Source: Candidatus Omnitrophota bacterium (GTDB taxonomy: Bacteria; Omnitrophota; Gorgyraeia; 2-01-FULL-45-10). Taken from it: a stretch of DNA of 64,000 nucleotides. The number at the start of each line of letters is the position of its first letter. Position 1 is the stretch's first letter. Of this stretch, positions 39,247-47,365 are shown piece after piece. The notes below the pieces were generated by a model. The model was not told the origin of the DNA. It ran no database searches and saw only the letters and a list, made by a program, of their open reading frames with translations. Where the stretch lies: assembly GCA_016935115.1 (NCBI GenBank), contig JAFGRN010000002.1, forward strand, positions 3,748 through 67,747, read 5' to 3'. A program made the translations under genes and the position numbers.

Positions 39247-40389
39247 TTAAAGAATATGCGCTTTCGCATTTATGCCCATTCCGCTGAGCGCGCCCTCGAT
39301 CTCTTTTTTATATACGCTGTTCATGACCAGGACGTCAATCTTTCCCGTTGCCTTCCTGAGTACGGCCGGAGGCTCGATGCGCTTCGCGCTTACCGGCAGG
39401 AACCTCCCCTGCTTCTTCTCATTTATATCCACGACGTATTTCACGCGTTTCAGCAACTCGTCATTAAGGGCGCTCAGAAATAACACTCCCTTGCCCGAAG
39501 CGCCCCAGACGCATAGATTCTCCGCAGAGCGGATAAAATCGTCCCGCTCTCTTTTTATGCCCTTAAGGACGTTGCCCAAGTCAATTCCGGAAGCTTCCGG
39601 ACGGCCGCTCATCGCATCTTTGCAAGCCGTCGGGTCGTATACGGCCTCCAGCAGTATATATTCCCCTCCGAAAACATTGCTGATCCGGATATCGCGGAAC
39701 CCCGCCGAAGAGATCAGCGCCGCCAGGCTCTTCCTGCAAAAATAGTTACAGTGCTCATAAGTGATGTCATAAAAGGCCTCTTTCCTGACTATCCATTCGA
39801 GATCCGGCACTTCGACGCAGATCTTCGCTCCCTTTGCCAGAACACTGGGCCTGCATATCTGCTTCAGGAAGAGATACGGCTTATGAAGATGCTCGAGAAC
39901 ATGCCTCAGTATAAGTACATCATATCCGGAATCCGCGGCGGAAGGGCTGAAATATTCCTTCCGGAAAATTACCGATCCCTGAACGCCGTCACCGGTATAT
40001 GCCCTGTCGTAACCGAAACCCCTTGCGTGCGTCCTGTCACATAATTTCTTTAAAAAATCGCCGTTGCCGCATCCGACCTCCAATATTCTCGCGTCCTTCC
40101 GGATGTCTTTGCCGACTTTGGAGGCAAGTTCATCCAGATAATCGCGATAGGCAGGCGAGCTATCCCTGCTATTGTCATAATGCCGGTCATATTCCAGGAT
40201 ATCCGGGTCGAAAGCGCTATTAAAGACCGCGGCGCACTTATCGCAGGCTACCAGCTCGACCTCTCCCACGGGAGCCTTGACAGCCTCGGCCGCCGTCCGA
40301 TAGGTGACGTTGTTCATCGCGGGACAACGTTCCTTTCGGTAGACGACTCTGCGCTCGATCCGTTCACGGCAACATGGGCATTCGATCAT
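39247..40389 (-). CDS. sugar C-methyltransferase-like protein (Zn-ribbon plus class I MTase plus C-terminal domain)
   Basis: N-terminal CPCC…C Zn-ribbon and SAM motif LEVGCGNGDF, with a domain order like TylC3-type C-methyltransferases. Confidence 0.55.
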   Translation of the reverse strand: MIECPCCRERIERRVVYRKERCPAMNNVTYRTAAEAVKAPVGEVELVACDKCAAVFNSAFDPDILEYDRHYDNSRDSSPAYRDYLDELASKVGKDIRKDARILEVGCGNGDFLKKLCDRTHARGFGYDRAYTGDGVQGSVIFRKEYFSPSAADSGYDVLILRHVLEHLHKPYLFLKQICRPSVLAKGAKICVEVPDLEWIVRKEAFYDITYEHCNYFCRKSLAALISSAGFRDIRISNVFGGEYILLEAVYDPTACKDAMSGRPEASGIDLGNVLKGIKRERDDFIRSAENLCVWGASGKGVLFLSALNDELLKRVKYVVDINEKKQGRFLPVSAKRIEPPAVLRKATGKIDVLVMNSVYKKEIEGALSGMGINAKAHIL

Positions 40390-40408
40390 CTGTCCTGAAC
40401 CTCTATAA

Positions 40409-41125
40409 CTATAGTTTTTTTAAAAATCCGTCGGGACAATATGTCGTCTTAAGGCGGTTATAGGTCCTGTCGACTTCCCAGCCGGATCGCCCCCGTAAAA
40501 AGTCCCTTATCGCCCTCATCGGATTATCGTCCTTCCATTCCTTCTTCCCGGTCGGATTGCTTGTCAGCATCTCCTGGATTCCATCCATGACCACCATGTA
40601 ACTGCCCCTGGATACAAAGCGGGAATAGATCTCCAGCTCTTTCAGGACGTGGCCGTACGAATGATTGGAATCCAGTATTACTAGAACTTTATCGCTCTTT
40701 TTTACGCCGTTCTGAACGACCCTGACCGTATCCTCGCTCGTGGAACTGCCCTGGATGAGCTCTATCCTTTTGGATAACGGGTGTTTCCTTATAGCGGCTT
40801 CATTGGGCTTTCGTATATCTATGTCGACCCCGATCACTTTGCCATTGCCCAATAATTCTAGAATCGAGGCGCTAAGCATGAGGGACCCGCCATGGGCCAC
40901 TCCGGTCTCGATAACGACGTCAGGGCGCACTTTCCACAACAGCTCCTGCATCATCACGATATCCGAAGAGAGCTGTATGATCGGGATACCCAGCCATGTC
41001 GGCTCGTAAACGAGCCTGTTATGAAATGACACCCGCTCCCATAACCGGGCCACCAGCGACAGGCCTTCTTCGCTGTATATATCCACCTCTTTCGATTCAT
41101 CCCCGTCAAGAACCCTGATCTTCAT
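40409..41125 (-). CDS. CmcI-family (cephalosporin-hydroxylase-like) methyltransferase
   Basis: …VIETGVAHGGSLMLSA…VIGVDIDIR… is typical of the CmcI/class-I MTase family frequent in heptose-modification loci. Confidence 0.6.
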   Translation of the reverse strand: MKIRVLDGDESKEVDIYSEEGLSLVARLWERVSFHNRLVYEPTWLGIPIIQLSSDIVMMQELLWKVRPDVVIETGVAHGGSLMLSASILELLGNGKVIGVDIDIRKPNEAAIRKHPLSKRIELIQGSSTSEDTVRVVQNGVKKSDKVLVILDSNHSYGHVLKELEIYSRFVSRGSYMVVMDGIQEMLTSNPTGKKEWKDDNPMRAIRDFLRGRSGWEVDRTYNRLKTTYCPDGFLKKL

Positions 41126-42144
41126 TGCTCACTCCCTTGCCTTGGCACGGAACACGACCTGTCACAATCGCTCACATAAATGATCTTGCTCCCCTGCGAC
41201 TCAAAACTGAACGGCGTCTCCCTGAGCCCGGAAAGAGCCCTGCGCACGCCGTCCTGTTTATCCTTTTCACAATAAAACAGGAGGAAGCCGCCTCCTCCAG
41301 CGCCCAGCACCTTGCCCCCCACAGCGCCAGCCTTCAATGCCTTCTCGTAGCTTTCGTCAATCCTGTTATTCGTAATACCGTTGGCGAGCTTCTTTTTGAG
41401 CAGCCACCCTTCGTGTAATATCTCGCCAAAACCGTGCAGGTCGTTCCCCTGAAGCTTCTTCAGCAACTTCTGAGACAACGCCACTATGTCGTTCAGGTGC
41501 GCCATGTTCTGCTTTGTCTTCTCGCCCTGCTCTTTCAATATCGATGACGACACACGCGTGACCCCTGTGTAGAAGAGCATCAATTTGTCGTTAAGAATCT
41601 TTTTCGTCTCCCCCGGAAATATGACCGGGTCGACGAAGACGCTATCGTCACTGTTAAACCTGATATACTGGATCCCCCCGTATGCGGCTATATACTGATC
41701 CTGTTTACCTATGGGGTTCTTCAGTACGTTTATCTCGATCTCGCACGCCTCCCTGGCCAGGCGTTCACCGGAAACATGCTGGCCCTTGAATGCGTATAAA
41801 GCGTTCAGTACGCCTACGGCCAGGCTGCTCGAGGATCCGAGGCCTATGCCCGCGGTTCCCAGAGGGACGTCACCCATGTAGACGACCTCGATACCCCTCT
41901 TGATGCCGGCCAATCGCAACGCCTCGCGGATTATATTGTGCTCCACCTGGTCGACGGTCTCGACAAGCTCAGTCTTCGAATAACTTACCCGGACCAGATC
42001 ATCGAACTTCTGGTTCACCGTTATGTAGATGTATTTATTGATCGCGGCGGAGACAACCGAACCAGGCCTGTTTCTGTAATATTCTGGCAGATCGGAGCCG
42101 CCGCCCGCAAAACTCACTCTCAGTGGTGTCCGTGAAATGATCAT
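41122..42144 (-). CDS. GHMP kinase, D-glycero-D-manno-heptose 7-phosphate kinase-like (HddA-like)
   Basis: PLRVSFAGGGSDLPEYY N-terminus and GHMP motif PLGTAGIGLGSSSSLAV. Confidence 0.7.
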   Translation of the reverse strand: MIISRTPLRVSFAGGGSDLPEYYRNRPGSVVSAAINKYIYITVNQKFDDLVRVSYSKTELVETVDQVEHNIIREALRLAGIKRGIEVVYMGDVPLGTAGIGLGSSSSLAVGVLNALYAFKGQHVSGERLAREACEIEINVLKNPIGKQDQYIAAYGGIQYIRFNSDDSVFVDPVIFPGETKKILNDKLMLFYTGVTRVSSSILKEQGEKTKQNMAHLNDIVALSQKLLKKLQGNDLHGFGEILHEGWLLKKKLANGITNNRIDESYEKALKAGAVGGKVLGAGGGGFLLFYCEKDKQDGVRRALSGLRETPFSFESQGSKIIYVSDCDRSCSVPRQGSEQ

Positions 42145-43034
42145 ACCTTCACCTCCAGGCTCTTAAGATATTGCCTTATTCCCGACTCAATGCCGGTCCT
42201 GGCCCGCCATCCGAAAATTGTGCGCGCCCTGGATGTATCCGCCCAGAAGTCCGCCGTCGCCTTCGTCCTGGCGGCTTCCAGCGCAGCGGCTTGCACCGGC
42301 CGCCTTCCCATGGCTTTCTCCAGTTCCATACAGACTTTCCAGACATTCACCGCGGCGCCGGTCCCGAGATTATACGCGCCCGAAGGTATCTCCTCTTTTA
42401 CGGCCCGCACTATCGCCTCCGATACATCATCCACGTAAATAAAATCGTTCGCGTTCCACGGCGTGCGGATCACGGGTGTTTCGCCTCTCAATAACGCAGA
42501 GGCCATAACCGGAATCAGCGAAGTCTCCTTCTGGCCGGGGCCATAGATGAAAAAACCGCGCAGCCAGATAAACGACGTGCCGTTCTTCGCGGCGAGCGTC
42601 ATACCAAAATCGCACAGAGATCTCTTCGCCCATGCAAAATAGGAATTAACGGGCGCCAGGACATCTTCCCTGCAGGCGCCGTAAGACTGGCCATATTCCC
42701 AGCAGCTTCCCATCGATACGATCTTCCGGCATCCGCACTCCTCGGTCAACAGGCGAAATAGCGCTGTTCCCTGGCCCAGGTTCCTGCGGGACATCTCAAA
42801 ACCGTAATCCGGGATTCCTTCCCACGCAAGGTGAACACAGGCATCCGGACGGAAAGCTTTTAACGCGCCTTCCAGCGAATCCGGCTCATTAAGATCTCCT
42901 TCGATAACGCGGAGCTTTCCGGCGAGTCCGGCCGGCGCCTTACGACAGACGACGGCGATTTCATCCGCGCCGGACAAAGAACGCTGCAGCCTTCTGCCTA
43001 TAAATCCTGTCGCTCCCGTTATAACGATCTTCAT
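42141..43034 (-). CDS. NAD(P)-dependent sugar reductase/epimerase (SDR)
   Basis: MKIVITGATGFIGRRL Rossmann motif; placed after the RmlC-like epimerase, as a 4-reductase would be. Confidence 0.65.
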   Translation of the reverse strand: MKIVITGATGFIGRRLQRSLSGADEIAVVCRKAPAGLAGKLRVIEGDLNEPDSLEGALKAFRPDACVHLAWEGIPDYGFEMSRRNLGQGTALFRLLTEECGCRKIVSMGSCWEYGQSYGACREDVLAPVNSYFAWAKRSLCDFGMTLAAKNGTSFIWLRGFFIYGPGQKETSLIPVMASALLRGETPVIRTPWNANDFIYVDDVSEAIVRAVKEEIPSGAYNLGTGAAVNVWKVCMELEKAMGRRPVQAAALEAARTKATADFWADTSRARTIFGWRARTGIESGIRQYLKSLEVKV

Positions 43035-43050
43035 GATATCCTCGCCGGAG

Positions 43051-43614
43051 TCAAACGGTCACCGCGCCTTCTTTTGCCAGATAATCCTTAAATGACGGCG
43101 CGGCCAGGTCCTTATCCGAAATGATAAGCGGCCCATTGATCGGCCATGAAATATTCAGGTCCGGATCCTTCCAGTGTATCGTCCGGGAACTCTCCCGGTG
43201 GTACGGCGTATCCATCTTATACAGAAGGGAGCAATCGTCCGTCAAGGTATACATTCCCATGGCCATCCCCTTGGGCGCGTACAGAAGTTCCGGGGCCTCT
43301 ATCGAAAGCTCGACGCTATCCCATAGGCCGAACGTCGGCGAACCCGCGCGCATATCTACAAGAACCATAAAGGCCCTGCCCTGCGCCACCCGAACAAGTT
43401 TCGTTTCAGTATAAGGTGAGCATTGAAAATGCAGCCCCCTCAAAGTACCTCTCTTCTTTGAAAAAGAGTGAGTTTCCTGGATCCACCGCGTCACAAGGCC
43501 ATATCCGGCAAGAATATCCCGGTCATAGGTGCGGGCCAGGAACCCCCTGTCGTCTCGGTGCGGGGCGAGCGTGATCCGGAACGCGCCATCTATCTTTAAA
43601 GGAATAAGTTCCAT
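43051..43614 (-). CDS. cupin sugar-nucleotide 3,5-epimerase (RmlC-like)
   Basis: 187 aa; …RDDRGFLARTY…GTLRGLHFQ… matches the RmlC fold motifs. Confidence 0.7.
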   Translation of the reverse strand: MELIPLKIDGAFRITLAPHRDDRGFLARTYDRDILAGYGLVTRWIQETHSFSKKRGTLRGLHFQCSPYTETKLVRVAQGRAFMVLVDMRAGSPTFGLWDSVELSIEAPELLYAPKGMAMGMYTLTDDCSLLYKMDTPYHRESSRTIHWKDPDLNISWPINGPLIISDKDLAAPSFKDYLAKEGAVTV

Positions 43615-43618
43615 AGCT

Positions 43619-44884
43619 TCATAGCTCCCGCGCCATCAACTGCGGAGCCGAAATTACCCGCGGCGCTTTCGGAAACGGCACTATATATTGCCCCCTGAAT
43701 CCGCGCCTGGCGCATTCGTCCATGATCTCCCCGGCAAAATTCCACGCCAGTATAAAGATCACATCCGGCCTGAATGCCAGGCCTTCTTCAAACGACACAA
43801 TCGGCAGATCGCCGGCAGGAGTCATGCATCCCTGCTTGAGAGGATTATTGTCGATGATGGCTCTGAGATAGTTGGGCCCGATGCCGCAAAAATTGATAAA
43901 CGTGGCACTGCGCGCCGAAGCGCCAAAACCCACGATCACCTTCCCGCTCAGGGACTTGAGCAGATCCAGCATCTTTTCGCGATGGTCTATGGCATAGCCG
44001 GCAAATTTTTCCCAGGCCGCGAACTTATTGATCCCGGACCTTTTTTCAGCGCATAAGAGCTCTCCGTATTCCGGTTGCTGCGGACGTTTTGTCTTGGAAA
44101 AGTACAACACGATCGACCCGCCGCTAATGGGACTCTCATCTACGGCAAAGGGGTACAGCCCGTAACGTTCAAGAAGGTTTCCGAGGGAATGCGCCGTAAA
44201 ATAGCACAGGTGCTCATGATAGATGGAATCGTAATGAAGATCCCTCGCTATGACGGCTCCGCTGTGAAATTCGATCACGCCGGTACCGTCATCGGAGAGA
44301 GCGCTGGCGATACCTTCGGTCACGCCGTGAAGGTCGCTCACATGCGGAATGACATTCCGCGCTATTATCGTTTTCGGCCTGCCGTACCGGGCGACCGCCG
44401 TTTTCGCCGAAGAGGCATCCCAATACGAACAGTCCGTGGGAACTCCGTTGCGAACGGCCATCTCGGCTATATTTCTCGCCGGCTCTATTCCGAGGACTTT
44501 CATCCCGCGGGCCGCGAACTGCCTGAGGACCGTGCCGTCGTTCGAGGCTATCTCAAAGACCATATCCCCGCGGCGCAGGCCGGAGCGATCGATGACCCGG
44601 CCTGAAAATATGCCCGCATATTCCTGCGCGCATTTTGAAGTACCGGTGACCCACACGTACCGATCGAAAAGGACCTCTTTACGCAGTGTTTCTCTGAGCT
44701 GGAAAAGAGAGCATTCCGGGCAGAAGGCCGTAGAGAGAGGAAATTTTTCAATTCTGCCGGCGGCGGGGCGCACCAACGCGTTGGCAAGCGGCTGTTCACC
44801 CAGATTAAGGACATCTTTCAGCCCCTTATATCCGCAAATCCGGCAGGCTGTAATCGTTTCAAATATTTTTGACATTGGAGCCAT
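43619..44884 (-). CDS. sugar C-methyltransferase (TylC3/NovU-like family)
   Basis: N-terminal Zn-ribbon CRICGYK…CPEC, a class I MTase core and a C-terminal dinucleotide-binding-like domain; 421 aa is typical of the family. Confidence 0.6.
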   Translation of the reverse strand: MAPMSKIFETITACRICGYKGLKDVLNLGEQPLANALVRPAAGRIEKFPLSTAFCPECSLFQLRETLRKEVLFDRYVWVTGTSKCAQEYAGIFSGRVIDRSGLRRGDMVFEIASNDGTVLRQFAARGMKVLGIEPARNIAEMAVRNGVPTDCSYWDASSAKTAVARYGRPKTIIARNVIPHVSDLHGVTEGIASALSDDGTGVIEFHSGAVIARDLHYDSIYHEHLCYFTAHSLGNLLERYGLYPFAVDESPISGGSIVLYFSKTKRPQQPEYGELLCAEKRSGINKFAAWEKFAGYAIDHREKMLDLLKSLSGKVIVGFGASARSATFINFCGIGPNYLRAIIDNNPLKQGCMTPAGDLPIVSFEEGLAFRPDVIFILAWNFAGEIMDECARRGFRGQYIVPFPKAPRVISAPQLMAREL

Positions 44885-44891
44885 AATTGTC

Positions 44892-45926
44892 CTATCGGAA
44901 CAGGCGAAGGTCCCCTGAAACCTTTTTATTGTCCTGCAGATACCTGATCTGCTTTAGCCTGGCGCAGGTACGCCCGCGAAAATGATCCTCATTGAACCCC
45001 GTCTTCCTGAAAAACCCGATGAGTTCTTTCCCTCCGCTATCGAGGTCCCATTCGGGCCTGAAATAGTCTTTAAGCACGGAGAGGATCTTTTTAAAACTGA
45101 CCTGATATGTGCGGGAATCATTTCCGTGCTCGCCGGTGAAGACTAGGGAGCTTCCGGAAACCGAACGCTGCGCAGCTTCGGCGAGTTCACGCACCGTAAA
45201 GTTGCCTCCCGGGATACCGACATTGAACGCCTGGCCGGAGACGAGTGACAGCGGCGCTTCGAGCCCGGCTATATAGGCGCTCGAGACATCACGCACATGG
45301 ACCACCGGCCGCCATGGCGACCCGTCGCTCTTTATCTCGATCCTGCCCGTAGCGTAAGCGCATCCGACCAGATTATTGTAAACGATATCGCACCTGAGGC
45401 GGGGGCTCGCGCCGAATACCGTCGACGGGCGGAAGGAGACGACATGAAAATTCTTATCGGCCAATTTCTTAAGGGCGCATTCCGCTTCCCATTTTGTGCG
45501 GGCATAGGCCGTCAGCGGATGCTTCTTGCTGTTGTCCTCATCGAGCTCGCAATCGACGGCCGAAACTCCGTACATGCTCTGCGATGAGGAATAGATAAAC
45601 CTTTTCACTCCCGCGCTCTTCGCGGCCAGCGCGGCCTTCACGGTCCCGCCCAGGTTGATCTCTTCCGTCAATCCTGGGGCAAACTCGCCAAGCGGATCGT
45701 TGGATAGCGCGGCCAGATGAATCACCGCGTCGACCCCCTCCATATCCTCCGTCGTGATGTCGCGGATATCTTTCCTTATCTGCCGTATGGCCGGATTGTA
45801 CGGATGCAGAAGGCAATCCGCATAGTACCCGATATCATACCCGACCACTTCATATTTCCTGTCGAGCAGCATATCGACCAGGACGCTGCCGATATACCCC
45901 TGATTGCCCGTAACCAGTACTTTCAT
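44892..45926 (-). CDS. NAD-dependent nucleotide-sugar dehydratase/epimerase (SDR)
   Basis: MKVLVTGNQGYIGSVL and YARTK catalytic motif. Confidence 0.65.
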   Translation of the reverse strand: MKVLVTGNQGYIGSVLVDMLLDRKYEVVGYDIGYYADCLLHPYNPAIRQIRKDIRDITTEDMEGVDAVIHLAALSNDPLGEFAPGLTEEINLGGTVKAALAAKSAGVKRFIYSSSQSMYGVSAVDCELDEDNSKKHPLTAYARTKWEAECALKKLADKNFHVVSFRPSTVFGASPRLRCDIVYNNLVGCAYATGRIEIKSDGSPWRPVVHVRDVSSAYIAGLEAPLSLVSGQAFNVGIPGGNFTVRELAEAAQRSVSGSSLVFTGEHGNDSRTYQVSFKKILSVLKDYFRPEWDLDSGGKELIGFFRKTGFNEDHFRGRTCARLKQIRYLQDNKKVSGDLRLFR

Positions 45927-45927
45927 A

Positions 45928-46476
45928 TCACGCCTTTACTTTCTCCAGCTCATACGCAAGGCTATCGACTACCGACGACAGCCAGGATTGATGGACGGCT
46001 TCTATGATATTGTACTCGTCACTGTCGGTCCACAAATTGAGGTCTCCGAGCCGCCTCAATGGATTATCCGGCCTGAACCCCGAGAGAGTGATCACCTTAA
46101 GGCCCATCGATCTGGCCTGCCGGGCGGCATTCACGATGTTGGGCGACTTACCGCTGCTGCTGATCAGGATCACCAGGTCCCCGGCGCAGGCATAGGCTTT
46201 CAGCGCCTCTTCGACCCAATGCTCATAACCGTAGTCGTTGGAAAAACATGTGATCAGGTCCGCGTCGTTAAAACTGATCGCGCGGACACCCGCCGTCTTT
46301 GTAAGGTCCACCGATACATGGCTCGCGATCGCAGCGCTGGCGCCATTGCCTGCGATCATGACCTTGCCGCCGAGTGATGACGCCTCTCGCACAAGCGCCG
46401 CGCCCTTCTCTATGGCGTCGTCATCGACATCGAGAATTGCCCGGCATATCCTCTGCAGATAATCTCTGATCTTCAT
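45928..46476 (-). CDS. gmhA: SIS-domain sedoheptulose-7-phosphate isomerase (GmhA-like)
   Basis: SIS motifs (…GGKVMIAGNGASAAIASH…DLVILISSSGKSPN…). The ATG at 46476 (MKIRD…) forms an ATGA overlap with the upstream stop and is preceded by GGGAGG; the track's longer N-terminus is rejected. Confidence 0.7.
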   Translation of the reverse strand: MKIRDYLQRICRAILDVDDDAIEKGAALVREASSLGGKVMIAGNGASAAIASHVSVDLTKTAGVRAISFNDADLITCFSNDYGYEHWVEEALKAYACAGDLVILISSSGKSPNIVNAARQARSMGLKVITLSGFRPDNPLRRLGDLNLWTDSDEYNIIEAVHQSWLSSVVDSLAYELEKVKA

Positions 46477-47231
46477 TCTCCGCCCTCCCGTCTTAAGCAC
46501 GCGAATCCCTTCTCCCGGGACGCCTTTTCGAACCGGATAAGATCCCCGGGGGATGTGATGAAGTAATATTGTTCGTCAGAAACGAACGCTCCCAGCCGCC
46601 CGTCTGCGGCCAGGCGCGCCAGTATCTTCTCCTCAAAAGAGATATTGCCCTCCTCCGCCCTGTCGAGAACCTTCCTGTCTACCAGGAAAAATCCGATATC
46701 GATCCCGTTCAACCCTTCCATGCGCCGGTTCTTATCGTATGCCACGACCTTTCCGCGGTGATCCACGGCAACATTATTCCCGGAGCCATACTCGCCCGTA
46801 CCCTGTTTATTGCTGAACACCGTTGTCGTCACGGGAACCCCGATCCGCTCATAATTGAAGATCATCTTGTCCAGCGGAATCGTCCAATAATTGTCGCCAT
46901 AGAGTAACAGAAACCGGTCTTCGAGCTTTTCGTAAGCGTCCAGAAGCCGCCTGCCGGTCAGGTCATCTTCTGTCCCGACCGAATAGTCTATCCGCAGCCC
47001 GAATTCTCTGCCGTCACCATAGTAGCCCATGATCGCGTCTGCGCGATAACCTACCAGAAAGAGAATCCTACGGATGCCGGAGTTGACGAGCGACCGCATC
47101 AGATAGTCCGTAAACGGCCTCCCATTCACCGGCACCATCGGCTTCGGAATGCCATCCGTGATGGGCCTGAGGCGTTCACCGCGGCCACCCGCGAATATGA
47201 CTGCCTGCTGGATTGTCATTTGTTTATGCAT
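46473..47231 (-). CDS. sugar-1-phosphate nucleotidyltransferase (HddC/GMP-like)
   Basis: AVIFAGGRGERLRPITDGIPKPMVPV nucleotidyltransferase signature; first gene after a promoter/operator. Confidence 0.65.
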   Translation of the reverse strand: MHKQMTIQQAVIFAGGRGERLRPITDGIPKPMVPVNGRPFTDYLMRSLVNSGIRRILFLVGYRADAIMGYYGDGREFGLRIDYSVGTEDDLTGRRLLDAYEKLEDRFLLLYGDNYWTIPLDKMIFNYERIGVPVTTTVFSNKQGTGEYGSGNNVAVDHRGKVVAYDKNRRMEGLNGIDIGFFLVDRKVLDRAEEGNISFEEKILARLAADGRLGAFVSDEQYYFITSPGDLIRFEKASREKGFACLRREGGE

Positions 47232-47259
47232 ATTGTTCAGATGGCTCTATTTATGAGTG

Positions 47260-47307
47260 TTTAAAACGTTCTAAACGAATATTATCATACTACCCTATCT
47301 GTGTCAA
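47260..47307 (-). promoter_or_regulatory. second copy of the promoter/operator module: TTGACA, 17-nt spacer, TAATAT -10, then the same 16-bp palindrome TTTAAAACGTTCTAAA
   Basis: On the minus strand, TTGACA corresponds to 47307-47302, the 17-nt spacer to 47301-47285, TAATAT to 47284-47279 and the operator to 47275-47260. The 16-mer is identical to that at 33008-33023. Confidence 0.6.
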
Positions 47308-47365
47308 TATAATTGTATGTTTAGTGGTAAGGCGGGTAGATCGTGAGGAAACTGAAGAATAAGGA

